DNA from: a virus
Virus record (IMG/VR): IMGVR_UViG_3300017971_000203
Direction: 5' to 3' (one strand)
DNA length: 64,000 nucleotides
Part shown: in pieces, positions 8,727 through 17,029 of the stretch
Layout: every line of letters starts with the position of its first letter
Numbering within the stretch: the stretch's first letter is position 1
Made by a program: the position numbers and the translations under genes
Notes under the pieces: generated by a model
The model's database searches: none
Seen by the model: the letters and a program-made list of their open reading frames with translations, nothing else
What the model was told of the DNA's origin: nothing

Positions 8727-8800
8727 GTCCCGATAGTCTAATAGGCAAAGACAGCGCCTTTAAACAGCGCCGAATTCGGGTTCGAATCCCGATCGGGACA
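8727..8800 (+). tRNA. tRNA-Leu(TAA), short variable loop
   Basis: Acceptor GTCCCGA/TCGGGAC; anticodon 8761-8763; perfect T-arm; 31-39 mismatch. Confidence 0.75.
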
Positions 8801-8861
8801 TTGCCCCTCCGCCGCGCCGTCTGTACAGTCTTCGTAGCGACCACAGGCACAGGAGCGCATC

Positions 8862-9047
8862 ATGCCCATCCACTTTGAACGCTTCCGATTCCTCAACGGC
8901 ACCGGAAAACACGTGGAAAACGTGTCCTACCAGGGGCACATCTTCGTCAAGGTCGACGACCACCCCGAGATCGAGGTTCCTCCCGGAGAATCCCGGCCCA
9001 TCCCTGACGGCGAAGTGATCGAGGTCTCGGCCCCTCGGGAGCTGTGA
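8862..9047 (+). CDS. Hypothetical protein
   Basis: RBS AGGAG, 61 aa. Confidence 0.55.
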   Translation: MPIHFERFRFLNGTGKHVENVSYQGHIFVKVDDHPEIEVPPGESRPIPDGEVIEVSAPREL

Positions 9048-9054
9048 AGTCGCC

Positions 9055-9804
9055 ATGCTACAGCACCTGATCGACAAAGGCCGGAAGCTACTCGAAGCCC
9101 GCCCGATACCGCTTCCGAAGAAAGCCATCAACAAAACCATGAAGCGGCTCGTCGACCACCTGGAAGCGGCCTTCACAGAGCACGAGAAGGACTCCCCAGG
9201 AGAGCCACTCGGGAGCGGCATCTGGGCAGTAGCAGATCTCGACGTCACCGATGTGCTCGGAACAAAAAAAGCAATCCAGGTGATGATCCACTCCACGAAC
9301 TCTTCAGGCAACTCCCTAGGCGTCAACGCCCACTACAACGTCCGCACGAACGACATCGACATCTACATCCGTGGGCAGATCCCCGGGCAACTGGCTCTCC
9401 AGCTCCTCCGAGGAAAAGGCCGACGCAGTATCGAAGGCTCCATCCGGGACCTGCTCGAGCACGAACTCACCCACGCCCTCGACAACCTGCGCTGGGACCC
9501 TTCCACGTACAAGGGCTTCTTCTCCGACGACTACGAAGCCTCCGACGAAGGCAACGCCGCCCAGCTCCGCGACTTCAAGCGCTACGTCAACCAGCGCATC
9601 GAAGTGAACGCCCACATGCAACAGGTGGTGTCCCAGGTCCTCGTGGCCGCCGAGAAGTTCGCCCGGATTCTGACGAAGAAGTCCCCCCAGCAGCGGGTCC
9701 GCTTCCTACTGAAGCAGTCCGACACCTGGAAGGCCATCGGGAAGTATCTCAACTCCCGCAACAAACGGCGCATCCTGAAAGCGGTCTACGCAGCGCTGTC
9801 CTAG
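9055..9804 (+). CDS. Zincin-like metallopeptidase, putative internal head protein
   Basis: HELTH plus downstream EVNA; N-terminal LIDKGRKLLEA tag. Confidence 0.7.
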   Translation: MLQHLIDKGRKLLEARPIPLPKKAINKTMKRLVDHLEAAFTEHEKDSPGEPLGSGIWAVADLDVTDVLGTKKAIQVMIHSTNSSGNSLGVNAHYNVRTNDIDIYIRGQIPGQLALQLLRGKGRRSIEGSIRDLLEHELTHALDNLRWDPSTYKGFFSDDYEASDEGNAAQLRDFKRYVNQRIEVNAHMQQVVSQVLVAAEKFARILTKKSPQQRVRFLLKQSDTWKAIGKYLNSRNKRRILKAVYAALS

Positions 9805-10742
9805 ATCACGCCCATGTCCTGGAGCACAGTCACGACGCCCTTCTTGATGGTCTTCCGGCTCTTGGTCGTGAGCTGCCCCTGGATCTCGTTCCAGGTGTGC
9901 GACTGTCGCAGGAGAAACGTCACGGCCCGGCTCGGTGTCCAGGCCACGAGCTTCGACCGGTGCGCCGGTACCAGGTCCCGCACCTGGCTCGCGATCTCCT
10001 GCATGAAGGCCTTCACCTCTTCGGGCTGGTTCAGATAGCGCTTCCGAGCTGCCTTGGCGTCCTGCTTCCGCTGCTCCTTCGACGGAGGCGGCAACACACC
10101 GGCCTGCGACAACCGATCCTTGAAGCGCTGTACCGAGTGCCCGACGCCGAGCTCTTTCCGCTTCCGGGCAACCAGTCGGTGAGACACCTCGAAGCCGGTC
10201 ATCTTCAGGAGCTTCGACACCGCGCGATCCGAGAACGGGTGCAACGGATCCTCCCGCTGTAGGATCGCCGCAATGGTCTGCTGAAGCCGCTTTTTCCGAA
10301 GAACGTCCTTCGCGTGGGTGATCTCGTGCATCAGAGCGTACTTCATCGCGCCCTGAACGCTCGACATCTGAGTACCCTTCAGGAGCGGCACGATCTCACC
10401 CGCGCCAAGGTTGCCGTTCATTTGCACCTGTATGATCCGGTCCCGGGGCATGTAGACCGCACCAAGGAAAAGGCCCCTCACACCCCTCTGCTGGACGCTC
10501 ACGATCGACACGGGTATTTCCCGCTTCTTCCCCCTCACGTCCGAAACAGAGATGGTCTCGGTCCCCCAGACCTTATTCCCTAGGGGTGCAAGGGGAGACG
10601 TCCGTGCGAGGGAACGCAAAGAGGGCTCGAACTGCTTCATAAGCCGCTTCACCAGAGCCTCGACCACTTGGGGAGGCAACGCGATCGGACGCGCTTCGTC
10701 CAGGAGCTCCCGTCCCCGCTCAATGGTCTCCGAGATGCTCAT
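9801..10742 (-). CDS. Zincin-like metallopeptidase with inserted sigma54 RpoN-box DNA-binding domain
   Basis: HEITH...EVKA; insert EDPLHPFSDRAVSKLL...VSHRLVARKRKELGVGHSVQR; N-terminal IERGRELLDEA tag. Confidence 0.72.
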   Translation of the reverse strand: MSISETIERGRELLDEARPIALPPQVVEALVKRLMKQFEPSLRSLARTSPLAPLGNKVWGTETISVSDVRGKKREIPVSIVSVQQRGVRGLFLGAVYMPRDRIIQVQMNGNLGAGEIVPLLKGTQMSSVQGAMKYALMHEITHAKDVLRKKRLQQTIAAILQREDPLHPFSDRAVSKLLKMTGFEVSHRLVARKRKELGVGHSVQRFKDRLSQAGVLPPPSKEQRKQDAKAARKRYLNQPEEVKAFMQEIASQVRDLVPAHRSKLVAWTPSRAVTFLLRQSHTWNEIQGQLTTKSRKTIKKGVVTVLQDMGVI

Positions 10743-11095
10743 GACTTCTCCAGATCCGCCAGCGCCTTGTGAGCCTTGTCGGTCAACTCGTACTGCTCGT
10801 CCCAGGTTGGTGAACTCTTCCACCGACCTGTTGCATCAGCCCCCGCCGACGTCGACAGCCCCTGCCGGCGCTTCCCGACAGCCTTCACGAAACCCCTCTT
10901 CTCGAGCTTGCGGACCATGTTCAGCTCGCGCCTCGTGGTCGCAGCATCCACCCGGAACTTCCCCCCGATGGTGAACTGCAACCTGGCAACCATGGCCTTG
11001 GTCAGCTTCAGCTTCTTCGCCCGACTGAGAGCCTTCGGCTTCGCCTCACCCAAGAGCCCCCGACCCTTTTCGATTACTTCAGACAACTGGCTCAT
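10739..11095 (-). CDS. Basic, possibly winged-helix, putative internal head protein
   Basis: N-terminus MSQLSEVIEKGRGLLGEAK; RKLEKRGFV...YELTDKA wHTH-like pattern. Confidence 0.6.
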   Translation of the reverse strand: MSQLSEVIEKGRGLLGEAKPKALSRAKKLKLTKAMVARLQFTIGGKFRVDAATTRRELNMVRKLEKRGFVKAVGKRRQGLSTSAGADATGRWKSSPTWDEQYELTDKAHKALADLEKS

Positions 11096-11244
11096 GACAC
11101 CCTCCAAAAAACGACGTCCCCGAGCATACCAGCCCGGGGTCTCACAAGGGAAGACCCGACAACCAGTCCAGCCAGGACACCCCCTCAACAAGCTGCGCAA
11201 GACCCATCAGCAGCAGCAGGAGAAAAATCCCCCACGAGATCCCG

Positions 11245-11721
11245 CTACTCCGGATCCCCTTCAGCTTCGTTATGTGTCCGTCCTTGCTCCTGGGCATCTC
11301 GTATCCTCCCTCGTTCGAGCAGGTAGTCCCAGTCCACCGTTCCGTCCGCCTTGAGCGGTGTGCTGCAATCGAACAGATAGTACGCCTTCACGGGGTTCCC
11401 CGGTCCGGGCGCCGCCTTGAACCGAACGCCTGACAGCCTTCCAGATCTGTAATTGAAGGCGCCGCTCAGGAGGTCTGACTCGAGGTCTACCTCTCCCACC
11501 GTCGAAAAACGCCCCTCCTGGACCACGCTACCGTCCGCAGAGCTCCGCTCCTGCACCAGGAGGCCTGGATACCCCTCGAAGGCCGACATCACCGGAACCC
11601 AGGCCACGGTCTCTTCCAGGGTGGCACCCTCGGGCCCGAACTTCTTCCCGTCCCCGACCCCGAGGATCTCTCCATCGATGTACTGGTCCGCGTAGGACCG
11701 GATGTGGAACGACGACATCAC
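11245..11721 (-). CDS. Free-standing paralog of the MCP insertion domain
   Basis: YIDGEILGVGDG, SADGSVVQEGRF and NYRSGRLSGVRFKAAP...YYLFD align in order with the MCP. Confidence 0.75.
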   Translation of the reverse strand: MMSSFHIRSYADQYIDGEILGVGDGKKFGPEGATLEETVAWVPVMSAFEGYPGLLVQERSSADGSVVQEGRFSTVGEVDLESDLLSGAFNYRSGRLSGVRFKAAPGPGNPVKAYYLFDCSTPLKADGTVDWDYLLERGRIRDAQEQGRTHNEAEGDPE

Positions 11722-11734
11722 AAAGACCCTCCTA

Positions 11735-12103
11735 TCAGTACCTCCGGGGCCATTCCTTCAGCTTCTGATCGGCGAAACGCTCGAAGAGCCGTTCCGCCTC
11801 ACCGATCTGCTTCCTGGCAGCCAGCTTGTCCTTTGGGCTCCCATGATGCGCCTGCCGAAGCACCTCGATCAGCTTCATGGCTTCCTCGAGCTGTCTCTCC
11901 ACGTCATCCACCGCCCTTCCCAACAGGTCGACCATGCCCGGGTGCTCGCGCACGCGAAGAGCTCTCCCTGTGGTATCGTCGTAGTAGCCCAGCGCGACCA
12001 GCGTCCGGCAAAGGTGCTGCAGAGTCTCCGACTTGTCCAGATCCGCCTCCTTGAGCGCATACACAATGTCGCCCTTTCCTCGGATGTAGACAGGCATCCT
12101 CAC
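11735..12103 (-). CDS. Hypothetical protein
   Basis: Tiles the operon; a 73-nt internal fragment is duplicated at 13159-13231. Confidence 0.6.
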   Translation of the reverse strand: MRMPVYIRGKGDIVYALKEADLDKSETLQHLCRTLVALGYYDDTTGRALRVREHPGMVDLLGRAVDDVERQLEEAMKLIEVLRQAHHGSPKDKLAARKQIGEAERLFERFADQKLKEWPRRY

Positions 12104-12360
12104 CCCTTCTCAGCCAGAACCGTCCGGTCCTCCTGCACAGTGATCTTCACAGACCGCCCGCACATATAGCAGTCCCCGGAGCTCGTCCCCGGCCTGATCT
12201 TCCCGAACCACTCCATGCACGCGACGTTATTCACATGGAAGCAGTGCGGGCATGAAACGGGGAGCACTACGACCTTCGGACCGATCTTGTCCCACTCACT
12301 CGACACTGGCCTTCGGCTCCCTGCAGCCCTCCTTGCTGGACATCCACACGTCCCCGACAC
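12100..12360 (-). CDS. Small zinc-ribbon protein
   Basis: CPHC...CYMC; start uncertain (possibly near 12299). Confidence 0.5.
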   Translation of the reverse strand: MSGTCGCPARRAAGSRRPVSSEWDKIGPKVVVLPVSCPHCFHVNNVACMEWFGKIRPGTSSGDCYMCGRSVKITVQEDRTVLAEKG

Positions 12361-12580
12361 ACTCGAACGCCGTCGTCTCCCCGTCCTTCAGCTTGAAGGT
12401 GCAGGACACGTAGCCATCCCTGTCCGAGTCCTGGTTGACACAGACGATCCTCTCGACCTCCAGGCCCAGCTGCTGGGCGAAGGTGTGCGCCTGCTTCTCC
12501 GCCTGCGCTTTGTGGTCCCTGCACCCCGCAAAGGCCAGAGAAAAGCACACGAGAACGGCCAACAACACTGCATACTTCAT
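12296..12580 (-). CDS. Predicted lipoprotein
   Basis: Hydrophobic signal peptide ending in lipobox-like FAGC; four further Cys. Confidence 0.65.
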   Translation of the reverse strand: MKYAVLLAVLVCFSLAFAGCRDHKAQAEKQAHTFAQQLGLEVERIVCVNQDSDRDGYVSCTFKLKDGETTAFECVGDVWMSSKEGCREPKASVE

Positions 12581-12900
12581 CCGTCGTCTCCTCGGATAGA
12601 ACCGCGCGACCGTGGACGCACGCCTTGGAAGCGGACAATCGCTTCACCGTTGTCCGCACGAATAAACACCACACCGTCCAGCGGGAGAAACCTACCGTTC
12701 TCGAAGCCCATCATGAGATGTGCGATGGGAATAAGTACGCGCTCATTACTCTCGAGAAACTCCATACCGACTCCCTTGGAGTACCCGAGGAAAGCCTTCT
12801 TACAGGCCCCCTCGCCAAGAGCCGCTTGGTCCCTGGGATCAACCGCGAACACGAAGCCATCCCCCTTGCAAGACACCCTGACCCGGATCCCCTTCTCCAT
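12577..12900 (-). CDS. Hypothetical protein
   Basis: RBS GAGGAG; downstream of the promoter at 12954-12982. Confidence 0.6.
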   Translation of the reverse strand: MEKGIRVRVSCKGDGFVFAVDPRDQAALGEGACKKAFLGYSKGVGMEFLESNERVLIPIAHLMMGFENGRFLPLDGVVFIRADNGEAIVRFQGVRPRSRGSIRGDDG

Positions 12901-12953
12901 CCGTTCGTCTCCTCGGATAGAACTACACGCCCGAAGGCGCCTGTACTACGAGT

Positions 12954-12982
12954 AGGCTAATAGGTCGCCGCAGGATTGTCAA
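12954..12982 (-). promoter_or_regulatory. Sigma70-type promoter
   Basis: TTGACA-17 nt-TAGCCT. Confidence 0.6.
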
Positions 12983-13065
12983 GCGGAAAAGCGGCCCTTC
13001 AACGAACAAGCCCCCGTCTCCTCTTCCTCACCACGCTAGGCGGAATATCGCAAGGACCAAAAACG

Positions 13066-13094
13066 GAAAAAGGCGCCCCGGAGAGGGGCGCCTT
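13066..13094 (-). terminator. Intrinsic terminator
   Basis: AAGGCGCCCC/GGGGCGCCTT stem followed by T-tract on the minus strand. Confidence 0.7.
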
Positions 13095-13187
13095 ACGGCT
13101 CATATCGGCCGGAACGAAAACCGGGCCTCGCCCGGTAGTCCGCGCGCTTACAGGTTCTGCACGCGAAGAGCTCTCCCTGTGGTATCG

Positions 13188-13289
13188 TCATAGTAGCCCA
13201 GCGCGACCAGCGTCCGGCAAAGGTGCTGCAGCCTTTGCCTCGCCCAAGAACTCCCGGCCCTTCTGGATGGTCTCTGACAACGAACTCAT
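13188..13289 (-). pseudogene. Truncated tagged-protein gene (chimeric remnant)
   Basis: MSSLSETIQKGREFLGEAK fused out of frame to a copy of 11950-12022. Confidence 0.7.
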
Positions 13290-13378
13290 AGCTTCCTCCT
13301 CCAAACAACGACGACACCGAGCATAGCAACCAGATCACAGAAAAGGGATGTCCCTACAGGACATCCCCTACGAGCAGA

Positions 13379-13648
13379 TCATTTCTCGATGACCTTGTAG
13401 GACCCGTCCCGCTGCTTGCAGGCGCAGGCGACCATCCCGAAGAAGTGCTCGTGAGAACCGTCCCACCAGGAACAGTTCACCCAATAGAGCCGGTCAGCCC
13501 CATCGTACTCGATGGAATCCACGTGGAGCCCCTGCTTCTGGAAATGGCACCCGATGGCCTTCGCCGCCTCGTGCTTCGTGTAGTGGCAGCGCAGCGCGAA
13601 ACTGACTTCGGGAGTCTCGATCGTGGTCTTGGTGGTGTCGGTAGTCAT
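13379..13648 (-). CDS. Hypothetical protein
   Basis: Own promoter (TTGACA-16-TATGCT, 13693-13720), RBS GGAGG and terminator (GGGATGTCC/GGACATCCC, about 13341-13368). Confidence 0.65.
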   Translation of the reverse strand: MTTDTTKTTIETPEVSFALRCHYTKHEAAKAIGCHFQKQGLHVDSIEYDGADRLYWVNCSWWDGSHEHFFGMVACACKQRDGSYKVIEK

Positions 13649-13752
13649 CGTGTTCCCCTCCGTTGGAACGTTGTGTCCGTCAACTGAAGCTAAGCATACA
13701 CCCTCTGACGCCTATGTCAACAGGGAAAAGCAAAAAAGATCAGAAAGGGGAT

Positions 13753-14085
13753 CTACAGAGCTTTCAACTTCGCGAGCACAGCCTTCTCGATCTTCATCTG
13801 AAGGCTCATGGGAACGCCAAGACGAGAACCCGCCCCCGGAGAAGTCTCTCGGTGAAGCTTGGTATCGGGAAGAACCTGTCGCACCAGCCCCAGATCAATT
13901 TTGTCCAACTCGAGGTGTATCGGAAGGGTCTCCCCCCACACGCGAGTCTTCCTGTAGATCGTCTCAATCCCGACCTTGACCGTGGGACCGTGTTTCGACC
14001 GGATGACAGTCAACTTGATCCCTCCAGCTTTCGCTTCGTCGAAAAGCTCTCGACCCCGGTCCACTGCTTCCGACAATCTGCTCAT
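13753..14085 (-). CDS. Putative internal head protein
   Basis: N-terminus MSRLSEAVDRGRELFDEAK; RBS AAGGAGG. Confidence 0.65.
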   Translation of the reverse strand: MSRLSEAVDRGRELFDEAKAGGIKLTVIRSKHGPTVKVGIETIYRKTRVWGETLPIHLELDKIDLGLVRQVLPDTKLHRETSPGAGSRLGVPMSLQMKIEKAVLAKLKAL

Positions 14086-14203
14086 GCCTCGACCCTCCTT
14101 CTACGCCCCATCTTGCCGAGAGGCCCCCCTACCCGTCAAGACGAAGAAAGGCCGCCCCCAGAAGGAAGCGGCCTAGTGTCGAGCCCGAAGAGAAGATCAG
14201 CGC

Positions 14204-14227
14204 TTACAGGTTCTGCACTCGCAGCTG
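14204..14227 (-). repeat. Duplicated 3' end of the MCP gene
   Basis: Identical to 15495-15518; a 15-nt copy is also at 13148-13162. Confidence 0.85.
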
Positions 14228-14232
14228 TCCGG

Positions 14233-14520
14233 TCACATATCCTTGCCCGGTTGCGGTCGCAACACGCCTTGCTTTCTCGCTTGCGCCTCAATCTGCTCCC
14301 ATGCCACCGAATGAGGTAGACCAGAGGCCTTCACCACCTTGGTAACCGCCTTCGTGGCCCTTTGATAGAAACGTTCCTCTTGACGAGGCGAAGCATAACC
14401 GACAGACCCTAGATACAAACGCATCGCCTTGACTGCCGCATTCAGTACCCCCTTCGGAGGCATCTTCACCTCACTCAACAGCTCCCGCCCTCGTTCCACC
14501 GCTTCTGATAGCTTACTCAT
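14233..14520 (-). CDS. Putative internal head protein
   Basis: N-terminus MSKLSEAVERGRELLSEVK; RBS AGGAGG. Confidence 0.65.
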   Translation of the reverse strand: MSKLSEAVERGRELLSEVKMPPKGVLNAAVKAMRLYLGSVGYASPRQEERFYQRATKAVTKVVKASGLPHSVAWEQIEAQARKQGVLRPQPGKDM

Positions 14521-14569
14521 GCTCCGCCCTCCTGTTGCGCTTCATACTGCCGGGCACATCCCAGAAGCG

Positions 14570-15412
14570 TCAAGCACAGGCTCTGCGCTTCCGCGTGTAA
14601 CACGCCGAGCACAAGCCCTTCGCCAGCACCGGCTTCTCGTTACATTCTTCACAGAGCGTCCCCTTGCCCGTCTTCCGCCGCCCCTTCCACCAGCAGGCCT
14701 GACACTGGTCCTCGCGCGTGACCGGCCGCCCGCACGCGCACAAGGCCATCTGAACGTCCAAGTAGTGCTCTCTGGCTTCCCGGTAGACCTGATACTTCGT
14801 CTCGTTCCTGATATGCTCGGGCGCCTCGAGGTACAGATAGTCGAGCACGAGGATCGCCTTCGAACCCGTCCACTTCACGGAATACCAAAAAGAGCGGCCC
14901 TTACACTGCTCCACGATCGCCGCCCTAGACACCCCTGTCCAGCGCATCAACCGCACACGCATGGTCTGGAGAAACGTGCGACACGCGCTCGAATACATAG
15001 CCAGAGGGTAGTCGTTGCCCTGCCCCTTCCCCCTCTTCGACAGAGACACGTGGCCATCGGCATCCCAGAGACCACGGAAGAAATGCGGCTCCAGCTCCCG
15101 CGGCAACTCCAGGGGCCACCGGAGGTCATGCGTCTTCGGCCCGCAGATCCCAAAGCGCTCTTCCACAAGCTCTACGAGCTGCTTCGAGTCCGCATAGGCC
15201 TGAACAGCCCTGACGCCCTTCCTGATGCGCTTCGGCGTCTTCTCCGGGGCAAACAACGCCAGCCAACGCTCGGCTGTGGCGCGGTTCCCAACCATGCTGA
15301 CACGGTAGGTTCCGCGCTTCGCGTAGACGTTCCCGTCCCCGTAGAGCACCCCGAGCCACCACGCCAGCTCAGGCGACCACCCTTCGAAAAAGCCCCAGTT
15401 GATCACCGCCAT
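14570..15412 (-). mobile_element. Free-standing double-motif LAGLIDADG homing endonuclease with C-terminal zinc fingers
   Basis: WLGVLYGDG and FFRGLWDADG motifs; CAC..CQAC and CEEC..CSAC. Confidence 0.85.
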
Positions 15413-15494
15413 AACGAAAAATCCCCACGCCGCAGTTACGGGACGTGGGGACTACTTTAGCTTCTTCGCGCGGGGGCGTCAACCCCCGTCGTTA

Positions 15495-16997
15495 TTACAG
15501 GTTCTGCACTCGCAGCTGCCCATAATATTCCGATCGGAGCAATTTCTTCGCGTATCGCGTGCGAAGACCCTTGCGGAAGCTCATGTCGTTCGGATCGAGG
15601 AAGGTCGGAGTTACCTGCAGCGGAATGTAGGGAGCCCACACGAACCCACTGTCGAGGTAGCTGGCGCCCTTCAGCCCGATCAGGGCCATGTCGCTCTGGA
15701 AGAAGGGGTCGATGTAGACGACCCACTTGTTCATAAGCGTGCCGTTCTTGTACACGCCGAACTGACCGTGCTGCGTCATGGGACGCGGCATGTCGAGCGG
15801 CGCACCGAACTGCGGACCCGAACTCCAAATGGGCCGGAAGTCGCCGTGGGTGGTCAGCTGCTCGATGAGCGCGCTGATCTCGGGCGAGGTGACGATCCAG
15901 TTGGCCGGCGCACGCAGCGTGGCTTTGTGGATGCCGTTGGACACCCGGCTGAAGCTCGTGATGATGCTCCGCAGGTGGTCGACCTCGCTGATCCCGGCGG
16001 GCGGGATGCGATCGAAGACGTCGGTCGTCCCGGTGCTGGCCAGAAAGAGATCCGTGATGATCTCACGATCGATCTCGAGCGCCATCTCCTGGGCGGCGGC
16101 GGAAACGAGCTCGGCCTCGGCCTCGATACCCTGGAGCGCCCGGAGGTCCTCAGCGGCCTCGCTGGACCACAGAGCCTTCAGGCGACGGCTCTCGGCCTCG
16201 ATGACGGCCTTCTTGACGTCGAGCTTCATCCTCGGGAGGAGGGTGTTCAGCTCACCGTCGTAGCGGTAGTACATCTTGATCTGGTTGCCGTTGAGCGGCG
16301 CAGCATCGAAGAAGACTCCCGCAATCGCACCGTTCGAGTAGTTGAGCGTACCCGCAGTGAGATTGCTGGTGGCACCGGTGTCGGCGGTCCCGTCCGCAAG
16401 GAAGAAGCCTTCCTGCACGGTGCTTCCGTCCGCAGCACTGATCTCACGGATGATCACCTGGATGCCGCGATCGGTGCTGGGCTTGTGGACCGGGGTGAAC
16501 GACAGGCTGACCGACAGAGGCGTCTGACCAGACACGTAGTTGATGCCGTCACCAACTGCCAGAACCTCGCCGTCCACATACTCGGACGTGTAGTTCTGGT
16601 TGAAATCGCGCGGGAAGATCTCCCCTGCCGTGACCGCACCCTTGGTGGTCGCGTACACGTAGTCCAGATAGAAGACTGCGCCTTGCGGTGCGGTCATCGG
16701 CTGAACAGAGACGATCTCGTTCGCGATGAGATTGGGGAACACCCGGGTGAGCACCGGGAAGATGAACTTGGTGAAGTAGCCCACGTTGATGGCGCGGGTC
16801 TCTTCCGACATGGCACGGAGGTGACGGGCCTGATTCTCGAACAGCATCGCCAGGCAGCCCTTGCGATACATATCGAAGGGCGTGCGGCCGGGCATGCCCT
16901 CCATCAGGTCGTCCCACTTCTCCACCAGGACACTGACCAGTCGCTGGTCGGCGATCGTCCCCGTGCTGTCTTCGATGATCATTCGACGAGCTTCCAC
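15495..16997 (-). CDS. Major capsid protein (T4 gp23-like)
   Basis: EKW, LFENQ, VQPMTAP, RLKALWSSE, LEIDREI, WAPYIPL and GLRTRYA motifs; GTG start after AAGGAGG. Confidence 0.95.
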   Translation of the reverse strand: MEARRMIIEDSTGTIADQRLVSVLVEKWDDLMEGMPGRTPFDMYRKGCLAMLFENQARHLRAMSEETRAINVGYFTKFIFPVLTRVFPNLIANEIVSVQPMTAPQGAVFYLDYVYATTKGAVTAGEIFPRDFNQNYTSEYVDGEVLAVGDGINYVSGQTPLSVSLSFTPVHKPSTDRGIQVIIREISAADGSTVQEGFFLADGTADTGATSNLTAGTLNYSNGAIAGVFFDAAPLNGNQIKMYYRYDGELNTLLPRMKLDVKKAVIEAESRRLKALWSSEAAEDLRALQGIEAEAELVSAAAQEMALEIDREIITDLFLASTGTTDVFDRIPPAGISEVDHLRSIITSFSRVSNGIHKATLRAPANWIVTSPEISALIEQLTTHGDFRPIWSSGPQFGAPLDMPRPMTQHGQFGVYKNGTLMNKWVVYIDPFFQSDMALIGLKGASYLDSGFVWAPYIPLQVTPTFLDPNDMSFRKGLRTRYAKKLLRSEYYGQLRVQNL

Positions 16998-17029
16998 CTC
17001 GCCCTCCTTTGGTGAGAACAACAAACTGG

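Noticed and set aside
8758-8764. Ochre suppressor reading (CT-TTA-AA loop) of the last tRNA
   Set aside because: The anticodon stem pairs only in the register that centres TAA; TAA stops are used normally, e.g. in the MCP gene.
11950-13231. Diversity-generating retroelement TR/VR pair (73-nt repeat)
   Set aside because: Only one mismatch, no adenine-specific pattern, and no reverse transcriptase in the window.
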